Source: Paraspadella gotoi (Eukaryota > Animalia > Chaetognatha). Taken from it: DNA of 64,000 nt. The position numbers were made by a program, and so were the translations under genes. Within the stretch, counting starts at the first letter, position 1, and each line of letters begins with the position of its first letter. The DNA is taken from positions 3,031,812 to 3,095,811 of the forward strand of contig CM119266.1 in assembly GCA_051294375.1 (NCBI GenBank), given 5' to 3'. Positions 50,217 to 64,000 of this stretch are shown here, piece after piece. The notes beneath the pieces are model-generated. The model was not told where the DNA came from and made no database searches. It worked only from the letters and a program-made list of their open reading frames with translations.

Positions 50217-50225
50217 AGAGCATGA
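48888..50225 (+). repeat. Composite tandem array: ~85-bp conserved core with ATGCAAAT octamer + variable (GA)n spacer, ~9 units
   Basis: Core ATATCTAGGACCATGATATGCAAATTAGATTTAATTCCGATCAATACGCGTTGCAATAGGGAGGGAGAGATAAAAATGGCCACGGCG. Partial noisy copy at 57170-58000. Confidence 0.85.
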
Positions 50226-50378
50226 AGCCGATGATGCGATGAATTAAACATGACCCGGTGAATGGAAAAACGGATAAGAAAGGAAAAGGAAAGATGCTGG
50301 TCAATCGGGGGATGGACGCAGAGAGAGAGAGAGGAGAGAGAGAGGAGAGAGAGGGAGAGAGAGAGAGGGAGAGAGAGA

Positions 50379-50425
<47 letters not shown>

Positions 50426-50938
50426 TGTGTGACGAGACATCAAGTAATAACAAATTTTTAAGATCATAATTAACATAGATGCTTGAAGTTTTTTAATGCA
50501 AACGATCATTTGATGAAAAAAAAGTCAATTGGGCAGTAAAACATGAAAAGAGATTAAGAAAATGGCTGAATGGATTGGAAAACAAAACAATATGAAAAAA
50601 TTTAAAAAGGAAAAAGTGGAAAACTACAAAAGCGAAAGGGAAAAAAAATAATTGAATGGCGCTGAAGGGGAAAGAAAGCGGGCCGGGGAGTTCGTTCTTT
50701 CTTTCTTTTTTCTTTTCTTTTATCCTCTCTTTCTTTTAAGCTATCGGCCGAATTACGACTTCTCTATTTACATTTTTTTCGACTGTCTTTCTATCTTCTA
50801 TAATCTTTCCATATATTTTTCTTTCTTTTTCTTCTCTTTTCATTTTAATTTCATTTAATTTCTTTCTTTTTCTTTTTATTGTTTTATTCCTCGAGCGACG
50901 GAAATGAAATGGAGCGTAAGGCCATTCGTGGGGCAGAT

Positions 50939-51017
<79 letters not shown>

Positions 51018-51203
51018 AGGTACATGAAATGAAGTGGATAATTGATTGGGTTTTTTTTCTAAACGATTTAAGCATCATTTGAACGCGGTATTCATAGCTA
51101 ATTGAATTGGCGGCAAGAGATAAGGGAAGAACAACGGACAAAGTAACTATATTTTATTTTCTTTAAAAAATGTTAACTAAATACTGATCTTACGATAAAA
51201 TAG

Positions 51204-51757
51204 GGAGTGGTCTTTATAAATGAAACATTCTTTGAAATATTATACACCTTCATTGATAGGGAAGCAGGTTCACTGGGAGTGAATAAATGAGACTGTGAAA
51301 GAGTCTTATTGAAGCTTGCAGAAACTGCTATGTTATTATCTTGTAAGTGTGATGAGGCCTTAAAAACCAAAGCTGTCCAAAGTCAGGACAAGATAGCTTA
51401 TTTATTAAATGAATGATGATAATTTTTAATTGTTGTACCAATTTCATAAAATTCAGCTACTTGTATTTTGATGCTAGTGCGGAGTACAATATAGTATTCC
51501 CGATCTAATACTAAGGGAGTGGTCTTTCATACAATGAAACATTCTTTGAAATATTATACCACTTCATTGATAGGGAAGCCAGTTCAATGGAGTGAATAAA
51601 TGAGACGTGAAAGAGTCTTGATTGAAAGCTTGCAGAAACCTCTATGTTATTATCTGTAAGTGTGATGGAGGCCTACCACAAAGCCTGTCCAAAGTCAGGG
51701 ACAAGATAGCTTATTTATTAATGAATGGATAATTTTTATATTGGTTGTACCAATTTC
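51204..51757. mobile_element. ~555-bp segment absent from duplicate copy; made of ~1.8 tandem units of a 312-bp monomer
   Basis: The empty site at ~58930 reads GATAAAATAGAAGAAAA. The filled site is flanked by ATAG on both sides. AGGGAGTGGTCTTT recurs at 51202 and 51514. Confidence 0.65.
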
Positions 51758-52082
51758 ATAGAAGAAAAAAAACAGGAAAAATGATAAATAAAAAAAGAGA
51801 AAGAAAGCATAAAAAAGAATGAAATGAAGATGAAGAAAGAAGAAAATCGTTAGAAGAGAAAATTCAGCTGAACCGGAATCCTGATTCAAGATCAGATCTC
51901 GACTTCCGGATACCGGATGTTGCTGGAGAATACAAGAGAGACTAGATCCGTGAAGTAAATCTAAAGATTTAGTAAAGAGAGAGGAAATTTATGGGTTTTT
52001 CAGAAGGAGACTGAAGAGAAGAGAGAGAGAGAGAAGAGAGAGCAGAGAGAGAGGAGAGAGAGAGGGGGGGGGTGAGAGAGAT

Positions 52083-52150
<68 letters not shown>

Positions 52151-52814
52151 AAAAAGAAGAAGAACAATCATGTTCGTGAGTTCACAATCTCCCCAACAAA
52201 AATCGCAAAACTACTTGAAAAACCCGAAACTTTTCGCTTCCCATTGCAAGCGTCTAATTCACTTTGCCAAGTCGCTGAAGAAGACCCATCCCGCTCGAAA
52301 AGTCATGAGACGCAAGAAATCAAGCCGACCGTAAAATTGCAAAAAAAAAAAAAAAAAAAAAAACATATCTTTGCATCTATATTTTCAAAAAATCCATTAT
52401 GAAAGTGAGAAGTGGGAAAATTCTCAGGGTTAAAAGGTTCGAGAATCTGGCAAAGAGACTTTAAGAAATCAGCGGAAATTGCAACAAGAAAAAAAAAAGA
52501 TAAAAGAGGGAAAGAAAATCTGAGTTTAAGGGCAACATATTTTTTTTTCTTTTCCATCAAATCAAAGAAATTAGGGAAACTGCCTCTCGCTTGACATTTT
52601 GAGACATTTTCATCATGTATTCTGACGTTTTATCTTTCTCATTAAGTTCAATTTTTGTACAAGCGGGCCATTTTGGGGAGGCGTATGGTTGCGCTGTTGA
52701 GTAAACTTATTTCATGAAAAAAAAATCATACTATGTATATTATATGGTGTTTTTAATCTTTAAATCAGTTAAAAGTATGAGAACGCACTTTAATGATACA
52801 AAAAAACAAATAGT

Positions 52815-53640
52815 TAGATGCCGACGTAGATTTCAACAGAGATGCCGATGAAGATGCCGATGAAAATGCCGGGCGGAGATGCGATGTAAAATTGAAGAAG
52901 ATGGCAGTGGAGAGATGCCGATATAGATGCCGACCTAGATTTCAACACAGATGCCATGAAAGATGCCGATGTAAAAACTGAAGAAAGATGGCAGTGGAGA
53001 TTGCGATGTAGATGAAGACATATATGCCGATGAAAATGCCGGCGGAGATGCCAATGTAAAAATTGAAAGAAGATGGCAGTGGAGATGCCGATATAGATGC
53101 CGACCTAGATTTCAACACAGATGCCGATGGAAGAATGCCGATCGTAAAAACTGAAGTAAGATGGCAGTGGAGATTGCAATATAGAGTGCTGACACTACCG
53201 ATCGCCGATGAAAATGCCTGGCGGAGATGCCAATTGTAAAATTGAAGGAAGATGGCAGTGGAATGCCGATATACGATGCAGCCTAGATTTCGACACAGAC
53301 TGCGCGATGAATGATGCCGATGTAACTGAAGTAGATGGCAGTGGAGATTGCAATATAGATGCCCGAATAGATGCCGCGATGAAAATTGCCGGCCGGACTC
53401 TCGCATGTACAACAATTCGAAGAGATCGCAGTGGAGATGACGCATATAGACCTGCCCGACCTAGATTTCCAACACACACTGCCGATGAGACAATCGTAAA
53501 AACTTGAAGAAGATGCAGTCGACAGATGCGACTAGCATTTCAACACAGATGCCGATGTTAGATGGCCGATGAAAGAGGTCATGGTAGATGGCGACGTAGA
53601 TGCGCACGTAGACTGCGACTAAGAAATGCCTGACTCTCTG
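52815..53640. repeat. GATGCCGA-based hierarchical minisatellite (12-bp subunits, ~170-180-bp higher-order unit); cleaner copy at 60025-60950
   Basis: Repeated GATGCCGAT, GATTTCAACACA and GAAGATGGCAGTGGAGAT blocks. Yields the DADVDAD ORF. Confidence 0.85.
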
Positions 53641-54064
53641 AAGATGGAAATTGGAATTCCGGTTTTCAATCAAATACAGCCGATTACGGGTTCACGGGGG
53701 TAAGTCAAGCAAGGGTGAGACTTCGTGGGGAGGCAGGCTCTGAGGAAAGAGAGACAGGGGTGGTAGGACATTGTAAAGAATAGGGAGTAGGGAGAGGGGC
53801 ACCGGGTGGGTAAAAAGTCGAGATCGAAAGAAAAAGATTCAGGTTTAATGAATTAGCAAATGTCCCATTGAAAATGTGTCGTCGAAGGACAAGCCAAAGG
53901 AAAAATAGAGAATGAAAATGGTGGATATTAAGTCAGTTTGTACTGTTTAAAAAGAATTGAAATAGAACACGTAAAATATATTCATGTTTTCAATATAAAT
54001 TAAATGACGCCATTGAATTCAATTTTTTATTTCGTATCGTTAAATGACCGGGATCACAAGAAGA

Positions 54065-54276
54065 TCAGTCACACTTAAATATTACGGGATTTTCAAAATC
54101 CGAATAACCAACTTCATTTTCATCAAGCGGATGACTTGAGCCGGGCGTTGGACGCGGGTCAATACCCTCTATGTCAGTGTTAATTGTAATTTCCAAGTCC
54201 TCAACGACACTTGTCGAAAAAAAACCGCCATCCGATTGGTCGATTTCCGAAGCCATCGACCAATAAGAAGGATCGG
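54065..54276 (-). CDS. Possible terminal coding exon of an unidentified gene (xDPSYWSMASEIDQSDGGFFSTSVVEDLEITINTDIEGIDPRPTPGSSHPLDENEVGYSDFENPVIFKCD*)
   Basis: Complex, acidic, protein-like composition. AAAAG acceptor with upstream pyrimidines and an AACTGAT branch-like motif. 212 nt to TGA. Frameshifted noisy copy at 61366-61583. No recognised domain and no upstream exon identified. Confidence 0.3.
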
Positions 54277-54488
54277 CTTTTGAGACGGCCAAACGGAAAA
54301 TCAGTTGTGCATGAAATGGGAGATCAAACTTGATTCGTTTTAAGAAAGCGAATTTTGTGATGATAATTATTATGAGATTCACATTGAGAGAGACCTTGTC
54401 GTTCAAAACGACGACGGACGACGACGACAACAAGCCTATAATAACTAGAGCGGGGAAAGTCGTGCCGATAAAACTTTTGTTAAAAGAA

Positions 54489-54547
<59 letters not shown>

Positions 54548-57500
54548 TTGTAATTGTGGCTCTAAAATAGAGTCTAGAAAAGAATCGGATGCGATGATGA
54601 CCGTATTTCTTATTTTTTTCTCAAGCGCCTTCAATCATTGAAAATGATTGTAGCAATCAAATCTAAAATAAAAATGTATTCTTTTTTAAACGAGCCGCAA
54701 AATGCAACCAACAACCAAGTAGATTAGTGACAATACGCGCTGAAACTAATTTTGTCGCTTAAACAAACTACAACCAAAGAAAAGGAAAAAAAAAGAAAGA
54801 TTGAAAAAACATTTCGGCTCAGTATCCGTTTCGAACCAAAAAGAGGGGGTGCAGTCGGGCGAGGGGGCCGTTGGATTGAGCGAGGCTGGGGGAAAGAAAA
54901 AGAGAGAAAACTAAAGCGTTTGAATGCTGCGTTAGAGAGCGGAAAAGCAATGGGCACTAAAACAAAACAAAAGGCAGTTTAAGTTAAAGAGTGAAAAACA
55001 ATTAAGGAAGGCTGAATATGAAATTGATTGGACTCTAACACAACATAGAAAAGAAGATGACGTAAGAGGTAGAGAGAACGTGCTGCGTTAAGACTGAGGA
55101 CGTCGGTCCATTTTGACTGGACAGAAACAATTCGTAACAAAACAAAAAAAAAAAAGAATTTTTTGAAACCGAAAATGGAAAAGCATAATTAGGTACATTT
55201 TGCGTCTCTTTAGACGCCTAACCGCCGTCCGCCTGCCCCGCCAAACAATATCTGTCACGGGCGCCAAGGCGCCGCCCCAATAGTCCTCTCCTATTCTCTC
55301 CACGGTCTAACCCAACTAGATGAACCATAGGCTAACACCCCCATGTCGCATACAATGGCCTCCTAACCATAATAACCATGCCCCATGGTGCCTTCCTCCT
55401 ATCTCTCGTTATACCCCCATCGTGTTGTTACAGTATTTTCTCTCCGCTCCTCGCCTTACCCCTCTGTCCTTGCCGCCCCCCCCTACCTTAAGCCCCGCCG
55501 ACTATCTACGTTCGCCCTACTCTCCAGTCCCCCCCCGCCGAATGAAAAAAAATGTGGCTGCGACGGGAAAACGAGTTTTCTTGAAAAATATGAACCATTG
55601 AAGAAGTTGGAGACGTTCGTTGTGCTCGCGGCCGCGTCGGGCGTCCGCTTTGGGCACATGGACACTATTCCACACAGTGTCACAAACATTTAGGCCGTTC
55701 GGGCGTTCGAGTTTATTTCCACCTAATAGATATTATCAATCATAATAATGAATAAATAATAGATAATAATAATAAAATAATAATAATAATAATAATATAA
55801 TAATATAAATAATAATAATATATCCACGTGTTCGTCGTCAATTATCATCATTGTATTCGCGACGCGACACTTGCAGCGTCGCATTGGGCCAGTTTAGTGC
55901 CGGGACACCTGACAGACATGTCGACCTTTGTCATCAACATCAATCGTCATCTTTTAATGCCTTTTACGGTTTCTCCGACTGTAATTTATCGCTTGTACCC
56001 GGACGCCATGGGCGGTCGGAATAACCGTACCGTCGTCGTCGGACGTTCGTCCGTCGTCGATCGTGCGTAATCCTTCTAGTACTTTCCTTATTCATCTCCC
56101 ATTATCTCCGTCATAAAATCAGCGGGCTAGCCATTGGCCGACTTTCCCTCGCGCCAGTCAGGCCAATGAGAAGTCGCCAATTGAAAATCTGCAGCGATGA
56201 GACGAAAACCCGTAGCTTCGGACATCGCAGTCTGCCACCCAGCCCTCCCTTCCTTCGCCTTCAACTCGCCTCATTTGCAATCTCTGGCCGCTTTAGACGC
56301 CTTTAAACACCTTGGCCTATAAAATTCCTCCCCTTCCAAAGCCCTAAGCCACTCCGCCCAAGCCATGGTTCACAGGTCCGGCAAACTATCCAATCGTCAG
56401 AATTCTTAGGTTAACGCTTATTTCGCCTCTAGATCAATTCATTCACATTTCGGCGGCAGAAGTCGACGGTGGATTGGGCTGAAGGCGGTACAAGACGGAG
56501 AACGCCACCGGTAAGTGACCGGAATTTAACGCTGAGATAAGGTGTGATGTATACCCAACGTCAGGGATCAACGCTGAGACGCGATGAAGGTATATATATC
56601 TTAAATGAGGAGAAAAATATAGCGCACGAGTTGCTGGGTTAACGGGACGGGTCCATTGATGACGTTAACCGGTTACCAAACAACTTTTACATTTCACACG
56701 TTAATAAAGTTTTAATGGTTTTCGCCATTTGCGTTATCGGTGATCCGATTGGCGGTAATGCCTCAGGCTTAGCTTAGGCTTCGTTAGTGGTTCTCACGTG
56801 AACGTTACAAATTCCCTCCATTTAATAAGAGTAAACGATTATCAAAGCAATGGCTGCCTAACAGTATCCGTTTCCGACTCAATGTAATAGATTTTATGCT
56901 CAACATTTTCGGTAGTAAACCGACACAAGGTAAATAAAATACTAAGGCCGTTAAGCGTTCACACTTCCACCAGTCGCCAAATCAAGCCGCCAACAAAACG
57001 TCCGTGAAGAACTTCTCTTTCAAGAGAGAAAACGCATGCAGTGAACAATCCGTGACTAACGCGTCGAAAAAGAAGAAAGCAAAGTTTCTCTCAAAATCGT
57101 TATGGAAAAGCACGNNNNNNNNNNNNNNNNNNNNNNNNNCGCGCCTGCTGACACGACGCAGGACGAGGAGAGAGATATCTAGGACCATGAAGTATGCCAA
57201 ATTAATTTAATCCGTCCTGGATCATCTACCGCTGTATGCAATAGGGCGAGGGAGAGATGTAAAAACTGGCCTACGGCGAGAGCAAGAGAGAGAGAGAGAG
57301 ATGAGAGACGAGCATCTAGAAGCCGAACTCGATGCCACGCGATGAACTTAAACCTGCCTACCGGTGCAACCCGCGCATAAAACGGATACAAGCAACACCC
57401 GGACAAGAACGGAAAGAACTGCCTCCGGTCAACTCGGGGACTGGACGCAGATCCCGAGAGAGAGCCCTGCAAGAGAGCCAGAGAACGAGCAGCACGAGGA

Positions 57501-57972
57501 GAGATGAGACCGACCCCGCACGACCGCAGAGACCGATACTCTAGCGCACATACTCACTCGCCCACACCCATTCCACCCGGACTTTCATATTCCATCGCCG
57601 ATCAATCCACGCACGTTGTCAAATGGAGGGAGAGATAAATAATGGCCAAGCGGTCGAGAGAGAGCGTGAGGGCAGAGAGTAGACCAGAGAGAGAGCCAGA
57701 GAGAGACGAGTACTATGCTCGGACCCATGATAATGCAAAATTAGATTTAATTCCGAATCAATACAAGCGCGTTGCAATAGGGGTGAGGACTAAAAGGCCA
57801 CGGGCCGGGGGAGGGGAGCGAAGAGGAGGAGAGAAGACGCAGAGAGAGAGATATCTAGGACCCAATTGATGATGCAAATTAAGCATTAATTCCGAATCAA
57901 CTAACGCCGTTGCAATAGGGAGGGAGAGATAAAAATGGCCACGGCGAGAGAGAGAGAGAGAGAGAGAGGAGT

Positions 57973-58004
<32 letters not shown>

Positions 58005-58117
58005 AGCCGATGATGCGATTGAATTAAACATGACCCGTGTGAAATGGAAAAACGGATAAGAAAGGAAAAGGAAAGATGACTGGTCAATTCTGGGGATGGA
58101 CGCAGATCGAGAGAGGA

Positions 58118-58163
<46 letters not shown>

Positions 58164-58706
58164 GAGAGAGAGAGAGAGAGAGAGGAGTGAAGAAGGATGA
58201 CAGTGTGTAGAGCGCGACGATCAAGTAAACAAATTTTTAAGATCATAATTAACATAATGCTTGAAGTTTTTTTAATGCAAACGATCAATTTGATGAAAAA
58301 AAAGTCAATGGGCAGTAAAACAAGAAAAGAGATTAAGAAAATGGCTGAATGGATTGGAAAACAAAACAATATGAAAAAAATTTAAAAAGGAAAAAGTGGA
58401 AAACTACAAAGCGAAAGGAAAAAAAATAATTGAATGGCGCTGAAGGGGAAAGAAAGCGGGCCGGGGAGTTCGTTCTTTCTTTCTTTTTCTTTTCTTTTAT
58501 CCTCTCTTTCTTTTAAGCTATCGGCGAATTACGACTTCTCTATTTACATATTTTTTCGACTGTCTTTCTATCTTTCTATCTTCCCATATTATTTTCTTTC
58601 TTTTTCTTCTTTTTCATTTAATTTCATTTAATTTCTTTCTTTTTCTTTTTATTGTTTTATTCTCGAGCGACGGAATGAAATGGAGCGAAGCCATTCGTGG
58701 GCAGAT

Positions 58707-58760
<54 letters not shown>

Positions 58761-59201
58761 ACATGAAATGAAGTGGATAATTGATTGGGTTTTTTTTCTA
58801 AACGATTTAAGCATCATTTGAACGCGGTATTCATAGCTAATTGATTGGCGGCAAGAGATAAGGGGAAGAACAACGGACAAAGTAACTATATTTTATTTTC
58901 TTTAAAAAATTTAACTAATACTGATCTTACGATAAAATAGAAGAAAAAAAACAAGGAAAAAGGATTAAATAAAAAAAGAGAAAGAAAAGCATAAAAAAGA
59001 AATGAAATTAAGATGAAGAAAGAAAGAAAATCGTTAGAAGAGAAAGATTCAGCTGGAACCGGAATCCTGGATTCAAGATCCCAGATCTCGACTTCCGGAT
59101 ACCGGATGTTGCTGGAGAATACAAGAGAGACTAGATCCGTGAAGTAAATCTAAAGATTTAGTAAAGAGAGAGGAAATTTATGGGTTTTTCAGAAGGAGAC
59201 T

Positions 59202-59366
<165 letters not shown>

Positions 59367-61807
59367 GAGAGGGAAAAAGAAGAAACAATCATGTTCGTGA
59401 AGTTCACAATCTCCCCAACAAAATCGCAAAACTACTTAAAAACCCGAAACTTTTCGCTTCCCATTGCAAGCGTCTAATTCACTTTGCCAAGTCGCTGAAG
59501 AGACCCATCCCGCTCGAAAAGTCCATGAGACGCAAGGAAATCAAGCCGACCGTAAAATTGCAAAAAAACCCAAAAAAAAAACATATCTTTGCATCTATAA
59601 TTTTCAAAAAATCCCATTATGAAAGTGAGAAGTGGGAAAATTCTCAGGGTTAAAAGGTTCGAGAATCTGGCAAAGCAGACTTTAAGAAATCAGCGAAATT
59701 GCAACAAGAAAAAAAAAAGATAAAAGAGGGAAAGAAAAATCTGAGTTTAAAGGGCAACATATTTTTTTTTCTTTTCATCAAATCAAGAATTAAGGAAACT
59801 GCCTCTCGCTGACATTTTGAGACATTTTCATCATGTATTCTGACGTTTATCTTTCTCATTAAGTTCCAATTTTTACAAGCGCCATTGGGGAGGCGAATGG
59901 TTGCGCTTGTTGAGAAACTTATTTCATGAAAAAAAAATCATACTATGTATATTATATGGTTTTTTAATCCTTTAAAATCAGTTAAAAAGTATGAGACCAC
60001 TTTAATGATAAAAAAAAAAACAATAGTAGATGCCGACGTAGATTTCAACAGAGATGCCGATGAAGATGCCGATGAAAATTGCTGCGGAGATGCCGATTGT
60101 AAAAATTGAAGAAGATGGCAGTGGAGATGCGATATAGATGCCGACCTAGATTTCAACACAGATGCCGATGAAGATGCCGATGTAAAAAACTGAAGTAGAT
60201 GGCAGTGGAGATTGCAATATAGATGCCGACATAGATGTGCCGATGAAAATGCCGGCGGAGATGCCAATGTAAAAATTGAAGAAGATGGCAGTGGAGATGC
60301 CGATATAGATGCGACCTAGATTTCAACACAGATGCCGATGAAGATGCCGATGTAAAAACTGAGAAGATGGCAGTGGAGATTGCGATGTAGATGCCGACAT
60401 AGATGCTGATAAGATGCCGATGAAAATGCTGGCGGAGATGCCGATGTAAAAATTAAAGAAGATGGCAGTGGAGATGCGATATAAATGCCGACCTAGATTT
60501 CAACCAGATGCCGATGAAGATGCCGATGATAAAAACTGAAGTAGATGGCAGCGGAGATTGCAATATAGATGCCGACATAGATGCCGATGAAAATGCCGGC
60601 GGAATGCCAATGTAAAAATTGAAGAAGATGGCAGTGAGATGCCGATATAGATGCCGACCTAATTTCAAACAGATGGGCGATGAAGATGCCGATGTAAAAA
60701 CTGAAGTAGATGGCAGTGGAGATGCCGATATAGATGCCGACCGAGATTTCAACACAGATGCCGATGAAGATGCCGATGTAAAACTGAAGAAGGATGGCAG
60801 TGGAGATTGCGATGTAGATGCCGACATAGATGCCGACATAGATGCCGACGTAGATGCCGACGTAGATGCCGATGAAGAGGTTAGTGGAGATGGCGACTTA
60901 GATGCCGACGTAGATGCCGACGTAGATGCCGACAGAAATGCCGACTCTGAGATGGAATTGGAATTCCGGTTTTCAATCAAACGCCGATTACGGGTCACGG
61001 GGTAAGTCAAGCAAGGGTGAGCTTCGTGGGGAGCAGGCTGAGGAAAGAGAGACAGGGGTGGTAGGACATTGTAAAGAATAGGGAGTAGGGAGTAGGGGCA
61101 CCGGGTGGGTAAAAAATGAGATCGAAGAAAAAGATTCAGGTTTAATGAATTAAGCAAATGTCATTGAAAATTGTCGGTCGAAGGTCAAGCAAAGGAAAAA
61201 ATATGAGAACGAAAATGGTGGATATTAAAGTCAGCTGTACTGTTGAAAAAAGAATTGGAAATAGACACGTAAAAAATATTTCATTTTTCAATATAAATTA
61301 AAATGACGCATTGAAATTAATTTTTTATTTCGTAATCGTTAAAATGACCGTGGATCACAAGAAGATCAGTCACACTTAAATATTACGGATTTTCAAATCC
61401 GATACCAAACTTCAATTTTCATCCAACGGATTGACTTGAGCCGGGCGTTGGACCGCGGGTCAATACCCTTCTATGTCAGTGTCTAATTGTAAATTTCCAA
61501 GTCCCTTCAACGACACTTGTCGAAAAAAAAAAACCGCCATCCGATTGGTCGATTTCCGAAGCCATCGACCAATAAGAGATCGGCTTTTGAGACGGCCAAA
61601 CGGAAAAACTCAGTTGTGCATGAAATGGGAGATCAAACTTGTCTCGTTTAAGAAAGACGAGATTTTGTGATGATTAATTATTATGAGATTCACATTGAGA
61701 GAGACCTTGTCGTTCAAAACGAAGACGACGACGACGACGACGACAACAGCCTATAATAACTATGAGCGGGGAAAGTCGGTGACCGATAAAACTTTGTAAA
61801 AGAACAA

Positions 61808-61879
<72 letters not shown>

Positions 61880-62961
61880 GTAATTGTGGCTCTAAAATAG
61901 AGTCTAGAAAAGAATCGGATCGGATGATGACCGTATTTCTTGTTTTTTTCTCAAGCGTCTTTCAATCATTGAAATGATGTAGCATCAATCTAAAATAAAA
62001 ATTATTCTTTTTTTAAACGATCCGCAGAAATTGTAACCAACAGCCAAGTAGATTGTGACAATACGCGGCTGAAACTAATTGTGTCGCTTAAACAACTACA
62101 ACCAAAAGGAAAAGAAAAAAAAAAAAAGATTGAAAAAACATTTCGGCCCAGTAGTCGTTTCGACCAAAAGGGGGTGCAGTCGGGAGAGGGGGGCGTTGGA
62201 TTGAGCGAGGCTGGAGGAAAAGAGGAGAGAGAAAACCAAAGCGTTTGAAATGCTGCCGTTAGGAGAGCAGGAAAGCAATGGGCACTAAAACAAAACAAAA
62301 GGCAAGTTAAGTAAAGAGTGAAAACAATTAAGGAAGGCTGAAAAATATGAAATTGAGCTCTTCACAAAAAAGTGACTGAGAGAGAGACGTGCGCTTAAGA
62401 GAGGACGTCGGTCATTTTGACTGGGACAGAAAAATTCGTAACCAAAACAAAAAAAAAAAAGAATTTTTTGAAACCGAAAATGAAAAGCATAATTAGGTCC
62501 ATTTTGGCGTCTCTTTAGACGCCTAACCGCCGTCCCGCCCTCCCGCCAACAATAGTCTGTCACGGCGCAACCAATAGTCTCTCCTATTCTCTCCACGGTC
62601 TACCCAACTAGATGACCATAGGCTAACACCCCATGTCGCATAACATGGCCTCCTAACCATAATAACCATGCCCCATGGTCTTCCTCCTATCTCTCGGTTA
62701 CCCCCATCTTTTACCAGGTATTTCTCTCTCCCTCCCTTACCCCCTGTCCTTCGCCCCCCCTACTTAACCCCTATCTCTCGCCCTACCCTCCCCCCCCCAA
62801 AAAAAAAATGTGGCTCCGACGGGAAAACGAGTTTTCTTGAAATATGAACCCATTGAAAAGTTGGACGTCGTTGTGCTCGCGGCCGTCGTCGGCGTCGCTT
62901 TGGGCCAATGGACACTTTGAACAGTGTCACAAACTTTAGCGTTCGGCGTCGAGTTTTTCAC

Positions 62962-63064
<103 letters not shown>

Positions 63065-63234
63065 CACGCGTTCGTCGTCATTATCATCGAGGCGACACTT
63101 CAGTCGCATTGCCAGCTTTAGTCCGACACTGACAGACTGTCACCTTTGTCATCAACATCATCGTCATCTTTAATCCTTTTGACGTTTCTCCGACTTAATT
63201 ATCGCTTGTAACCGGACGCATGGCGTCGATAACG

Positions 63235-63271
<37 letters not shown>

Positions 63272-64000
63272 AATCCTTCTAGTCTTCCTTATCATCTCCA
63301 TTATCTCCGTCATAAATCAGCGCTACCATTGGCCGACTTCCCTCGCGCCATCAGCCAATGAGAAGTCGCCAATAAAATCTGAGCGATGAGACGAACCCGT
63401 AGCTTCGGACATCGCAGTCTGCCCCCAGCCCTCCCCTTCCTTCGCCCTTCAACCCTCATTGCAATCTCTGCCCCTTTAGACCCTTTAAACCCTTTGCCAT
63501 AAAATTCCTCCCCTTCACACCCTGCACTCCGCCCCATAGCCAGGTTCAAAGGTCGCAACTTCCAATCTCGATTCTAGGGTTAAACGCTTTCGCCTTAAAA
63601 TCATTCATCACATTTCGGCGGCAGAAGTCGACGGTGATTGGCTGAGGCGAGAGGGAAACGCCGTAAACGGTTAACGTTATTGGTTACAGCATTAATGAAG
63701 TTAACTGTTACGCCATTGATGACGTTAACGGTTACCCAAATAACTTTTACATTTCAACCGTTAATAAAGTTAATGGTTTCGCCATTTGCGTTATCGGTGA
63801 TTCCGATTGGCGGTAATGCCTCAGTGCTTAGCTTAGCTTCGTTAGTGGTTCTCACGTGAACGTTAACAATTCCTCCATTTATAAAGTAAACGATTACAAG
63901 CAATGCTGCTAACAGTTATCCGTTTCGACTCAATGTAATAGATTTATGCCAACATTTTCGTAGTAACGACACAAGGCCGTTAAGCGTTCAACTTCCAACG

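Noticed and set aside
48888-50225. CRISPR-like repeat/spacer appearance
   Set aside because: Repeats are ~85 bp, spacers are (GA)n rather than unique sequence, the context is eukaryotic and there are no cas genes.
51204-51757. Second TRIM (repeat-spacer-repeat)
   Set aside because: No TG...CA ends, PBS or PPT on either strand; better described as a partial tandem.
59494-59530. CTGAAGAGAC...CTCGAAAAGTC hammerhead-like motif (also at ~52275)
   Set aside because: Stem II has only 2 bp, and stems I and III cannot be formed.

Overview
Repeat-saturated metazoan (invertebrate-like) genomic DNA from a gap-filled draft scaffold. It has many (GA)n, (GAC)n, (AAT)n and (CAA)n microsatellites, several minisatellites, N-gaps, and stretches with the indel noise of uncorrected long reads. 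Almost all ORFs in the supplied track are low-complexity artefacts. One real gene can be rebuilt by hand: four minus-strand exons (16413-16356, 16235-16143, 7442-7296, 2630-2505, all joined by phase-1 GT-AG introns). They encode the N-terminus to ICL2 of a class A (rhodopsin-family) peptide-receptor-like GPCR, which most likely continues off the left edge. The most interesting structure is a complete 650-bp TRIM (miniature LTR retrotransposon) at 4013-4662 in intron 3. It has two ~230-bp LTRs, a tRNA-Trp-type PBS, a PPT and a 4-bp TSD, and each LTR carries a tRNA-derived cloverleaf with Pol III A/B boxes (Cassandra/Helenus-type design). Also present are a hAT-type MITE with an 8-bp TSD, DINE/HINE-like elements, two insertions polymorphic between duplicated copies, an octamer-motif composite array, a ~60-nt intronic hairpin and a possible orphan terminal exon. 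The large 5-8 kb duplications flank exactly-25-N gaps and are probably assembly or haplotype artefacts.
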